Assembly (NCBI GenBank): GCA_043822705.1
Contig: JBDRBK010000063.1
Coordinates: 1 to 24,249, forward strand
Reading direction: 5' to 3'
Source of the DNA: Fidelibacterota bacterium
GTDB taxonomy: Bacteria; Fidelibacterota; Marinisomatia; Marinisomatales; TCS56
DNA: 24,249 nt
A program made the translations under genes and the position numbers. The notes under the pieces were generated by a model. That model had not been told where the DNA came from. It did not search any database and was given only the letters and a program-made list of their open reading frames with translations. This document shows positions 1-8,069 of this stretch, piece after piece; the stretch's first letter is position 1, and every line of letters begins with the position of its first letter.

Positions 1-276
1 GCCAGTGCCGCGATCGCCAGTTTCGACTCGGCCATCACGACCCTCTCCACCGCGATCCAGAAGGTTGGTGAATATCAAACCCGGTTTGCCGCCAAGGAAG
101 AAAACCTGGCGGTGGCCATCTCGAACACCGAGTCCGCCCGCAGCGTGATCGAAGACGCCGATTTCGCTTCCGAGCAGATGGAAATCATGAAACTGCAGAT
201 TCTGCAGCAGACATCGCTTTCATCGCTGGCACAGGCGAACTCGCAACCGCAGGTAGTGCTCTCCCTGTTTGGTTAA
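1..276 (+). CDS. fliC: Flagellin, C-terminal part (5'-truncated by the window edge)
   Basis: Frame 1 reads ...KVGEYQTRFAAKEENLAVAISNTESARSVIEDADFASEQMEIMKLQILQQTSLSSLAQANSQPQVVLSLFG*, matching the flagellin C-terminal D0 motif (S.I.DADFA.E...ILQQ...LAQAN..PQ.VLSL). It lies upstream of fliS/fliD. Confidence 0.95.
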   Translation, partial: ASAAIASFDSAITTLSTAIQKVGEYQTRFAAKEENLAVAISNTESARSVIEDADFASEQMEIMKLQILQQTSLSSLAQANSQPQVVLSLFG

Positions 277-290
277 CGGGAAAAATAAGT

Positions 291-324
291 TAGAGGTGGG
301 AATAACTTTCCCACCTCTACTTTT
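291..324 (+). terminator. Rho-independent terminator after flagellin
   Basis: Perfect 12-bp stem TAGAGGTGGGAA (291-302) / TTCCCACCTCTA (308-319) with a 5-nt loop, followed by CTTTT, 15 nt after the flagellin stop. Confidence 0.85.
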
Positions 325-408
325 CCTGATGAGCAACGATCAATGATAAATGCATTAAATAATACCATTTACTCGATAAAACCACCCGGAGCACCGCGCT
401 GCGCGGTT

Positions 409-425
409 CTGGCATGAAAATTGAG
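409..425 (+). promoter_or_regulatory. Putative sigma54 (-24/-12) promoter of the fliS operon
   Basis: CTGGCATGAAAATTGAG resembles TGGCAC-N5-TTGC with correct spacing, but -12 is GA instead of GC. It sits shortly before the RBS (AGGA 441-444) and ATG 448. Confidence 0.6.
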
Positions 426-447
426 CTTGGCTAAGGAGACAGGATAA

Positions 448-774
448 ATGTACCCACAGACGATGGCACAAAACCGCAATAATATCAATCCCTATGTAAT
501 GCAACGGGTGCTGACGGCCAGTCCCGAACAGTTGATCTCCTATGTCTATGACGTCGCGATTTCTTCCTGCGCCAATGAGGATCGTTACAAGGCCACCAAG
601 GCGGTTCAGGAACTGATCAACGCCCTGAATTTCGACTACAAGGAGCAGTCGTTGACCTTTTTCCGGATATACCGCTATATCCTGAATAATATCCACAAAG
701 GGAATTTTTCCGAAGCGCAAAAATTGTTAACCGACATCAAGAGGGCCTGGGTCCAGGCGATGCAAGTCGAATAA
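448..774 (+). CDS. fliS: Flagellin export chaperone FliS
   Basis: 108 aa with FliS hallmarks (NPY...VLTASPEQLI...YD.AI; EL..ALNFD; L..IY.YI; L..IK.AW). Located between flagellin and fliD. Confidence 0.88.
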   Translation: MYPQTMAQNRNNINPYVMQRVLTASPEQLISYVYDVAISSCANEDRYKATKAVQELINALNFDYKEQSLTFFRIYRYILNNIHKGNFSEAQKLLTDIKRAWVQAMQVE

Positions 775-779
775 ATACC

Positions 780-2267
780 ATGGCTGTCGATCTTACTTCC
801 ATATATAACTCTTCCGACCAGATCGAGTACCTGGTACAGATCTATATGAAGAGTGCCGCAAAGCCCAAAGCGGCCATGGAAGCACGGAAGACAAATCTGG
901 AAGAGCGCAAGACCGTTCTGACCAAACTCGATAGCAAATTGACAACGTTGAGGACTAAATCGGAATCGCTGACAGATGAATTCAGCAACAGTTTCGCCAC
1001 CAAAACCGCCAGTACCAGCGATAGTGACAAGTTCACCGCCAGCGCCGGTTCTTCCGCTGAACTGGGCAACCATTCGATTTCAGTGGAACGCCTGGCAATT
1101 TCCGACACCCGGGTTTCGAAACAATTCACCGATTCCAGTTCCAGTTTCGCGGCAATTACCGCCGACCAGACCTTCAGCATCGAAGTCGGACACACCGACC
1201 AGGATACCGATACTTATTCCCGGGAAGCGATTCAGGTTACGGTTGCCGCCGATGTTTTTTCGCAGACGGATGAAGAAGTCCTGCTGGCGATCGCCGATGC
1301 CATCAATACCGCCATGTCCGATGCCGTTTCCACCGAAACAATCAACAGCAGCGAAGTCATTCATGCCAGTGTGGTGACCGAGGAAACCGGCAAATCACGT
1401 CTGATTTTCCGTAGCGAATTATCCGGCTATACCAACCGTATGGATTTTTCCGACAGCGCCGATTTATTGTTGACGACCCTGGAAGTCAATAACGCTGCCC
1501 AAAGCAGCGGTAGTTCCGGTGGCTGGATCACCCAGGTCGGCACCAGTGCCACCGACAGCCTGCTGAATGCCAAAATGAATATCGACGGCCTGACATTTTA
1601 CCGGGACTCGAATAATGTCACCGATGCCATCAGCGGCGTCACCCTGCAACTGCTGGACACTTTTGCCACCACCGAAACCATTACGATTAATGCCGATGTC
1701 GCCGCCGTCACGGAAGAAGTCAATTCCTTTATCACGGCCTATAACGAGAGCCTGGAATATCTGGAGGATCAGACCCGGAACTCGACTTCCGAAGATCTGG
1801 GACTGCTGTCACGCGATCTGATCTACAAAAATATGATCAATGATTTGCGGAATATCGCCCGTCAGGAAGTCACCGGTGCCGCATCGCTGAACTACACGAC
1901 GCTTTTCAATCTGGGGATCGAGTCCGATGACAGCGGCCAATTATCGATCAAAGATATGGAAAAATTCACTACGGCGTTGGAATCGAATTCGAACAATATT
2001 TCCGACATCTTCCGGGCCAGCGACGGCGTCGCCACCAGGATCGAAGATTACCTGGCCGAATTTGTCAAGACCGGCGGCACGATCGACGACAGCAAGAAAA
2101 ACATTGATAATCAATTGATTTACATGAATGATCGTATCAAGGTGATGGAGGAGCAATTGGTCAAGAAGGAAGCCGCCCTCCGTAATGAATTTGCCCGGCT
2201 CCAGCAGATGATGGCCGCCCTGGCCGATCAGCAGTCATTTTTCAACACTTTCATGAGCAGCAGATAA
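780..2267 (+). CDS. fliD: Flagellar filament cap protein FliD
   Basis: 495 aa. N-terminal coiled coil plus 'ISVERLA', 'NAKMNIDGLTFYRDSNNVTDAISGVTLQL', 'FITAYN', 'LFNLGIESDDSGQLSI', and a C-terminal 'LRNEFARLQQMMAAL..QQSFF' typical of FliD. Confidence 0.93.
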   Translation: MAVDLTSIYNSSDQIEYLVQIYMKSAAKPKAAMEARKTNLEERKTVLTKLDSKLTTLRTKSESLTDEFSNSFATKTASTSDSDKFTASAGSSAELGNHSISVERLAISDTRVSKQFTDSSSSFAAITADQTFSIEVGHTDQDTDTYSREAIQVTVAADVFSQTDEEVLLAIADAINTAMSDAVSTETINSSEVIHASVVTEETGKSRLIFRSELSGYTNRMDFSDSADLLLTTLEVNNAAQSSGSSGGWITQVGTSATDSLLNAKMNIDGLTFYRDSNNVTDAISGVTLQLLDTFATTETITINADVAAVTEEVNSFITAYNESLEYLEDQTRNSTSEDLGLLSRDLIYKNMINDLRNIARQEVTGAASLNYTTLFNLGIESDDSGQLSIKDMEKFTTALESNSNNISDIFRASDGVATRIEDYLAEFVKTGGTIDDSKKNIDNQLIYMNDRIKVMEEQLVKKEAALRNEFARLQQMMAALADQQSFFNTFMSSR

Positions 2268-2635
2268 TGATGAGCGGCGCCCTGGATAATACCGAATCCG
2301 TCCGGATAACGGGCTCACAGTGGAGCGAGAAGGATCTCAGCCCCAAGCCGGCGGGACCATCCCGGGCCACTGAGAAAAAAGCGGAAGAAGCCGAGAATGA
2401 GCGGATCGCCCAGACCATTGACATTGAAAAAGTGGTGCAAAATATCAACGAATTCGTACAGAATATCAGTACTGATATTTCCTTCTCGGTCGATCCCGGC
2501 AGCGACCGGCCGATAATCCTGGTGAAGGATAAGACCACCGGGAAAATAATCCGCCAGATACCGTCGGAGGAAATGATACGTCTGACCAAATCAATGAAAG
2601 CATTAGCGGGGATCATTTTTCACCAGGAGGCCTGA
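2267..2635 (+). CDS. flaG: Flagellar protein FlaG
   Basis: C-terminal 'ISFSVDPGSDRPIILVKDKTTGKIIRQIPSEEMIRL...LAGIIF' is the FlaG signature. The start overlaps the fliD stop (TAATG). Confidence 0.92.
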   Translation: MMSGALDNTESVRITGSQWSEKDLSPKPAGPSRATEKKAEEAENERIAQTIDIEKVVQNINEFVQNISTDISFSVDPGSDRPIILVKDKTTGKIIRQIPSEEMIRLTKSMKALAGIIFHQEA

Positions 2636-2636
2636 A

Positions 2637-3068
2637 ATGGTACTTACACAGACACGACACAACCTGACCCAGTTATTGAACCAGGAACGGGATTGTTTTC
2701 GTACGATTCTGGCAGAATCGCAGAAGATACTGGACTGCTCCAGCGGCTCCACCACCGATTCGATCTACGATCTGCTGACCTACCGCCAGCAGAAAATCGC
2801 CGAGCTGCGGGAACTGGAATCGCACGTCCAGGGATTATATGAGGGTGATCCCTATTCATATGTCCAACCGGATACGATCGATGAAGAGATCGCCACCATG
2901 GCAAAAATCCTGATCGGAGTCGATGCGAAAATCATGGATATTCTCCAGTCCCTGAAAGTAAAATGTGTCAGTGAAATCAGTAATCTTAAGGAACGTCAGA
3001 AGAATATGTCCAATCTGGCCAGCCGCAAACAGGTGTCCAGTAAATTGATCAACATTCTTCAGGAGTAA
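2637..3068 (+). CDS. Putative FlgN/FliT-like flagellar export chaperone
   Basis: 143-aa helical protein ('LLNQERDCFRTILAESQK...LLTYRQQKIAELRELE') with RBS AGGAGG, between flaG and flgM. The family call rests on context and helical pattern. Confidence 0.5.
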   Translation: MVLTQTRHNLTQLLNQERDCFRTILAESQKILDCSSGSTTDSIYDLLTYRQQKIAELRELESHVQGLYEGDPYSYVQPDTIDEEIATMAKILIGVDAKIMDILQSLKVKCVSEISNLKERQKNMSNLASRKQVSSKLINILQE

Positions 3069-3073
3069 CAACG

Positions 3074-3580
3074 GTGACACCGATTAAAAACATAACCGGT
3101 TTTCAGTCCGATCAGAAACGACTGGAACGGGACGAGAAAGTCAAGCGGGTCGATACCGTCCGCAAGGATCAACCGGCGGAAGCAGCGAAAATCGCTCAGT
3201 CCAAGGTCATCAAGGACAGTGTCGAAATTTCATCGCAGGGCCGTAAAATCTCGGATGAGCAATCGGAAATAACCCGCTACCTGCAGGAACTGACCAGTAA
3301 TCGCACCCTGGATGACGACACCGTTCGGATCGTGCGTGAAAAAATCAGCGCCGGCTTCTATTCCCGGCCGGAAGTCATCGACAAAGTAGCCAGCGCGCTG
3401 TCCGAGCTGCCCGGCCTGGCCCAGGCGGCTATCGGTACGGACCGCGACAGCGCTGAATCAGGTTCGACCCGCCTGGAGTCGATCAGCCGGAAAATCCAGG
3501 ACGGCAGTTATGAAACCGACGATATTCTCAGCGAAGTCGTGGAAAGATTATTGGATGATCTGAGAAAACTCGAGCCCTGA
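3074..3580 (+). CDS. flgM: FlgM-like anti-sigma28 factor with two C-terminal FlgM-like motifs
   Basis: GTG start with AGGAG RBS (3061-3065). Has the FlgM 'DSVEISSQGR' motif, then 'TVRIVREKISAGFY' and 'RLESISRKIQDGSY', both resembling the FlgM 'RV..IK..I..G.Y' motif. Confidence 0.7.
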   Translation: MTPIKNITGFQSDQKRLERDEKVKRVDTVRKDQPAEAAKIAQSKVIKDSVEISSQGRKISDEQSEITRYLQELTSNRTLDDDTVRIVREKISAGFYSRPEVIDKVASALSELPGLAQAAIGTDRDSAESGSTRLESISRKIQDGSYETDDILSEVVERLLDDLRKLEP

Positions 3581-3609
3581 TCCCAGTATTGATTCTGCAA
3601 GTTATCTTT

Positions 3610-3649
3610 ATCCGGTTCGTACCAGAAATAATGAACCGGGATTTTTTTT
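3610..3649 (+). terminator. Rho-independent terminator after flgM-like gene
   Basis: CCGGTTCGT (3612-3620) pairs with ATGAACCGG (3631-3639) with one G-U, followed by T8 (3642-3649). Confidence 0.7.
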
Positions 3650-3786
3650 CCGACCACCAGTAAAACTTTCCAGTTCTATATACTCCTTGATAAATACCAG
3701 TTTTTGATATAATTGCTCCGTCATTCAGTTCCTCTGACATAATCCATTTTAAATAATATTCCGGCCGTGGAATCCGGCCCCGGACT

Positions 3787-3803
3787 CTGGCACATGATTT
3801 GTA
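3787..3803 (+). promoter_or_regulatory. Putative sigma54 promoter upstream of the structured leader and first chemoreceptor operon
   Basis: CTGGCAC-ATGAT-TTGTA: perfect -24 TGGCAC, N5 spacer, and TTGTA versus consensus TTGCA. An AT-rich tract lies upstream (~3745-3760). Confidence 0.65.
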
Positions 3804-3903
3804 AATAAAAGGATATAATGGATACCCAGATTAAAAGACCGGTAGTTTTAAAATTGGCGGCCAACTAGTACAGAAGGTCGCAATACTACCAATGAGCGCT
3901 ATA

Positions 3904-4089
3904 CGCCTGAACTCCGGAAGCAGTCATTTGCCGCGGCAACGAACTTTTGCCCGATCCCACCGCACTCTCCTGCTCCAATCCATCCTACCCCAACCAGGGC
4001 ACTGGTTCCCCGACCCGGCAATAATGACGTTAGCAACAACTGGCCACGCCCCGCGATGAAAAAGCATGGCCAAATCCGGAGTTCAGGCG
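3904..4089. ncRNA. Candidate structured RNA / element bounded by a perfect 15-bp inverted repeat
   Basis: CGCCTGAACTCCGGA (3904-3918) is the exact reverse complement of TCCGGAGTTCAGGCG (4075-4089). Nested internal stems: 3923-3933/4016-4028, 3992-3997/4002-4007, 4041-4049/4064-4072. The repeat is certain; its RNA nature is inferred. Confidence 0.45.
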
Positions 4090-4204
4090 ATTCTTTCGGA
4101 GGGAAAATCGTCACGGCAACCGAAACCAAGACCGGATCGACAACCGTCGATACCGAATCCGGACGGAAATACTGTCGCGATCAATATTGAGGAGGAGTTA
4201 TTAC

Positions 4205-4744
4205 ATGTTACTGTCGAAGCATAAAGTCAGACGCTTGATCCTTTTGGGTGGATTGTTAGGCATTGTCCTTGCCCAGGACGGCACCAGTTTGTTGCCCCGG
4301 GCCCTGGACAGTATCAAACGCCATAATTTTGTAGTATTGTCGGTGGGCATAATCAGTGACCGGGTTCCGGCCGATTTGATAACCCGGCTCAATTCGATCC
4401 AGACCCAACCGCCGCGCCAGATGCGCATTTTTCTCACTCAATCGGATTTTATTGGGGATATGTACAGGGATTTCAACTTCCTGGTGAATGACAAGCAGGT
4501 CAATGCCATTATCATCTGGCCCTGCCCGGCCACCCAGGACCTGACCATGATCAAAAAGATCTGCCGGATGAGTAAAATGAAACAGATTCCGGTGATTGCC
4601 TTTTCCGAGGACTGGCTGGTCAACGGGGCGTTGATGTACATCAAGGATTCGGACAATCTCACAATTGTAGTGAACGAGGCGGTACGCGAGCAGATGAATT
4701 ATCCGATCAGTGAGAACGAATTATACACGTTGATATATCAGTAA
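4205..4744 (+). CDS. Secreted/periplasmic YfiR (DUF4154)-like or ABC-substrate-binding-like protein
   Basis: ATG 4205 is preferred over TTG 4187 because GAGGAGGAG (4189-4197) is the RBS. Signal peptide MLLSKHKVRRLILLGGLLGIVLA|QD. C-terminal 'IPVIAFSEDWLVNGALMYI...LTIVVNEAVREQMNYPIS' resembles the YfiR/ABC_sub_bind tail. Confidence 0.6.
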   Translation: MLLSKHKVRRLILLGGLLGIVLAQDGTSLLPRALDSIKRHNFVVLSVGIISDRVPADLITRLNSIQTQPPRQMRIFLTQSDFIGDMYRDFNFLVNDKQVNAIIIWPCPATQDLTMIKKICRMSKMKQIPVIAFSEDWLVNGALMYIKDSDNLTIVVNEAVREQMNYPISENELYTLIYQ

Positions 4745-4790
4745 GATATGCAATTGATTATTATCATTAAAGCGAACGGGGGTAAATGAA

Positions 4791-6344
4791 ATGCGAATCG
4801 CACAATTTTTTTCCGGTCAGTATTGGACCGGGTTCAAGGGGAAATTTGTACTGACCGCGACAATCGGCGTTCTGGTTTGCATGGGTAGCCTGCGAATAGT
4901 ATTGCCGGAACGGATTTACCGGATCAGCATGAATTCTTTTCTGCAGCAGAGCGCGACCATGAACCGCATGCTGATGGAATCAATCAGCCTGTCGCTGGAA
5001 TTTCAGGATTATGAGCTGGTGCAACAGGTGTTCGATAAAATCGGGCAATCCGCTGAAATCCTGTATATGGAAGTGAGGAATTCCGCCGGCGAAGCTCCGG
5101 CACGACTGGGCCGGCAGGTTTATTCCGATTGGGCCGTGATGAATTTTGACGATGCCGGATTCTTCCTGAACGACGAGATTGTGATCAACCGTCGTGAATA
5201 CGATCTCGAGGGTGAACCATACCTGCTGGCGGTCGGTGTAAATGTGGCCGCTCTGGTCGCCGCCAAAGTCCAGTTGGGTACCCTGATCACCCGCTTTGCC
5301 GGTTTTTTGACTTTGACCATGGTATTAATGCTGATCGTGCTGACTGAATACTTAACCCGGCCGTTGACGCTGGTGATCGACCGGATGCGCGATGTCGCCG
5401 CCGGTGAAGGCGATCTGCGCCAGCGGCTCGACATTGTCACCAAGGATGAATTCGGCGCACTGGCGCACTGGTTCAATCAATTTGCCGACAAACTGCAGGC
5501 CATGATAATCCGGATCAAGGAAGGCGTGGACAAGCTCACCGATTCGGTCCAGATCATCACTGCCGCCAGCGAGGAATTGGCCGCCGGCTCGGATGAACAG
5601 CAGAGTCAGGCAGCCGATGCGGCGGCCTCGATCGAGGAGATGACTTCGACAATCCAGAGTACCGCCGAAAGTGCCAATCACGCCCGGGATGCCGCCCGCC
5701 GGGCGACCGAGGTCGCTTCGCAGGGTGGAGAAGCAGTAACCCAGACTGTCGCCGGGATCGATAATATTTCGAATTCGGTGCAATCATCGGCTGAATCGGT
5801 ACGCAAGCTTGGCGAGCAGTCCAGCCAGATCGGTAAGATCATATCGGTGATAGATGATATCGCCGACCAGACCAATCTGCTGGCCTTGAATGCCAACATT
5901 GAAGCCGCCCGTGCCGGTGAGCACGGACGCGGATTTGCCGTGGTTGCCGATGAAGTACGGGTCCTGGCCGAGCGTACGACCCGGGCCACAGCCGAGATAT
6001 CGGAAATGATCAAATCGATTCAACAGGGCACCGGTCAGGCCGTCGACACGATGGGCAAGGGTTTGCAGGAGGTCGACGTCGGGGTGAAACTAGCCCGATC
6101 CGCAGGTAAATCGTTGAACGATATCCTGGCGGTAGTGCAGAGTGTCGATGACGCCATCGAGCAGATTGCCAGTGCCGCCGAACAGCAGAGCGCCGGTGCC
6201 GGGCAGATATCGGTCACGCTGCAGGATATTTCCAAAGTGACGAAGGAATCGGCCGCGGCCGCCAAGGAATTGGCCAAGGAAGCGGAAGGATTGAATAATG
6301 AGACAGGGGTACTGAAACAACTGGTAAACCAATTCAAACTCTGA
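4791..6344 (+). CDS. Methyl-accepting chemotaxis protein with a single periplasmic CHASE8/sCache-like sensor
   Basis: Two TM segments, HAMP (RPL...GEGDLRQRL...[13 protein letters not shown]) and MCP hairpin [34 protein letters not shown]. The sensor '[18 protein letters not shown]...[12 protein letters not shown]' resembles CHASE8. Confidence 0.92.
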   Translation: MRIAQFFSGQYWTGFKGKFVLTATIGVLVCMGSLRIVLPERIYRISMNSFLQQSATMNRMLMESISLSLEFQDYELVQQVFDKIGQSAEILYMEVRNSAGEAPARLGRQVYSDWAVMNFDDAGFFLNDEIVINRREYDLEGEPYLLAVGVNVAALVAAKVQLGTLITRFAGFLTLTMVLMLIVLTEYLTRPLTLVIDRMRDVAAGEGDLRQRLDIVTKDEFGALAHWFNQFADKLQAMIIRIKEGVDKLTDSVQIITAASEELAAGSDEQQSQAADAAASIEEMTSTIQSTAESANHARDAARRATEVASQGGEAVTQTVAGIDNISNSVQSSAESVRKLGEQSSQIGKIISVIDDIADQTNLLALNANIEAARAGEHGRGFAVVADEVRVLAERTTRATAEISEMIKSIQQGTGQAVDTMGKGLQEVDVGVKLARSAGKSLNDILAVVQSVDDAIEQIASAAEQQSAGAGQISVTLQDISKVTKESAAAAKELAKEAEGLNNETGVLKQLVNQFKL

Positions 6345-6424
6345 TAACCGGATGAGGCACAAGTTGCCGCCGCGCTACGGAATGCAGACGCACTAATACG
6401 GAACGACCACCAAAGAACGAACTT

Positions 6425-8047
6425 ATGAATATTGTGAAAAAAATGTTGGCTTTCAGGAACCTGTCGCTGGGGATAAAAATACCAATCTTACTATTTCTGG
6501 CGCTCACCACCCTGATTGTACCGGTCTTTTACCTGATTTATTTAAATGAGACCAATACCGCCGTGGCTGGCAAAAAAAGTAATCTGGTGCAGGTGTCGGC
6601 TCTGATCAACAAAAGCATCGAATATCCGATGATCAACGGTGAAATGGAAGTGGTCGATATATTATTGCAGAATATCGCCCGTGAAGCCACTGTTACCAGC
6701 ATCGATCTGCTGGATCCCGAATTTACCGTGTACCTTACGACCCGCACCGAAAACCAGTCCATTTCACACGGAGCGTCAATCAAATCCCAGGTGATCGACA
6801 GCAAAGCCGCCGCATTTGATGAATCACGGTTCGCGGACGGATTGATCACGCTGTATGACCCGATTCTGTTCGAAGCCAGTTGCCTTGATTGTCACACCGG
6901 AGCCAGTGGTGATATTGGCGGCGTGCTGGTGACAACCTTGGCGACGACCGACATACTGACGCGGGCCCGATCCAGCCGGGTGCTGTTTTTGTCGGTCTGT
7001 CTGGTGCTGCTGATCGTGAGTGCCGGGGTACTTTTCCTGGTGATTCGGGTCCAGATATTAAAACCGTTGATAGCAGTGATTTTGTCAGTTAAAGATATTG
7101 CTCAGGGCGAAGGCGATCTGACCCGGCGCCTGCTGGTGGAGAACCGGGACGAGCTGGGCGTACTATCCAAGTGGTTCAATACTTTTATCGAAAAAATCCA
7201 ACAGATAATTCTGCAGGTACGCAACGGTGTTGGAGAGATTGCGGAAGTGGCCCAGAATGTTTCCGCTTCCAGCAATCAACTGGCGTCCGGTGCGGAAGAG
7301 CAGCAGACTCAGACGGCGGAGGTGGCCGCTTCGGTGGAGGAAATGGCGGCGGCGATATTACAGTCTTCCAACAATTCCGGTCAGGTACTGGATTCAGCGC
7401 GGCAGGCTGCCGACGTGTCCGGCACCGGCGGCAAAGTGGTCCGAAAAGCAGTCCGGGGAATGAGCCGCATTTCGGAGGCCGTTCAGACTTCTTCCCGGCG
7501 GATCGAGGATCTCGGCCGGAAATCGGAGGAGATCGGACAGATTGTCAAAGTGATCGAAGATATTGCCGACCAGACCAACCTGCTGGCGCTGAATGCCAAT
7601 ATCGAGGCCGCCCGTGCCGGTGATCAGGGACGTGGGTTTGCCGTTGTCGCCGACGAGGTCAGGATTCTGGCTGAACGCACGACCCGGGCCACGTCCGAGA
7701 TTGACGGGGTGATCAAGGGCATTCAGAATGGAATCGGGTCGGTGGTCAAGGCCATGGACGACAGTATAGCCCAGGTCAACCAGGGCGTGGCCCTGGTTGA
7801 GGAAACCGGGCAATCACTGGAACGGATTAACACGATGGTGGAGAGTGTTGAAAAATCGGTCAATCAGATTGCTATTTCCGCCCAGGAACAAAGCAGCGGT
7901 GCCGAGCAGATTTCCGCCAATGTGGAAGGGATCAGTACGATTACCGGACAGTCGGCCGACGCCGCCCGGCAAATGACGATTGCAGCTGAAAAATTAAACT
8001 TCACGACGGGGGAATTGAACGAGTTGATGCGTCAATTCAAACTATGA
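6425..8047 (+). CDS. Methyl-accepting chemotaxis protein with a periplasmic c-type heme (CxxCH) sensor
   Basis: TM1 - periplasmic domain with '[14 protein letters not shown]...GGVLV' (C153xxC156H, nt 6881-6895) - TM2 - HAMP - MCP signalling domain. Confidence 0.93.
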   Translation: MNIVKKMLAFRNLSLGIKIPILLFLALTTLIVPVFYLIYLNETNTAVAGKKSNLVQVSALINKSIEYPMINGEMEVVDILLQNIAREATVTSIDLLDPEFTVYLTTRTENQSISHGASIKSQVIDSKAAAFDESRFADGLITLYDPILFEASCLDCHTGASGDIGGVLVTTLATTDILTRARSSRVLFLSVCLVLLIVSAGVLFLVIRVQILKPLIAVILSVKDIAQGEGDLTRRLLVENRDELGVLSKWFNTFIEKIQQIILQVRNGVGEIAEVAQNVSASSNQLASGAEEQQTQTAEVAASVEEMAAAILQSSNNSGQVLDSARQAADVSGTGGKVVRKAVRGMSRISEAVQTSSRRIEDLGRKSEEIGQIVKVIEDIADQTNLLALNANIEAARAGDQGRGFAVVADEVRILAERTTRATSEIDGVIKGIQNGIGSVVKAMDDSIAQVNQGVALVEETGQSLERINTMVESVEKSVNQIAISAQEQSSGAEQISANVEGISTITGQSADAARQMTIAAEKLNFTTGELNELMRQFKL

Positions 8048-8069
8048 ATACAACTAGGAGATTACGAAT

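Noticed and set aside
347..379. sigma28-like promoter upstream of fliS (TAAA...CTCGATAA)
   Set aside because: Spacing is 12 or 21 nt rather than ~15, and the -10 box is imperfect.
3818..3868. 16-codon ORF MDTQIKRPVVLKLAAN with AAGGA upstream (possible leader peptide)
   Set aside because: The predicted sigma54 start (~3814) would exclude the RBS, there is no telling codon run, and it is too short to support without conservation data.
3892..4129. Short ORFs across the structured element (+ 3892-4059, 55 aa; - 3899-4129, 76 aa)
   Set aside because: Low-complexity translations with no recognisable motif or clear RBS, better explained by the non-coding structure.
4090..4170. Possible c-di-GMP riboswitch in the leader, plausible for a motility operon
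   Set aside because: I could not find the class I GNRA-tetraloop/receptor two-hairpin consensus by eye. An Infernal search would settle it.
4187..4204. TTG start given in the ORF track
   Set aside because: It overlaps the strong RBS GAGGAGGAG. ATG 4205 is correctly spaced and gives a clean signal peptide.
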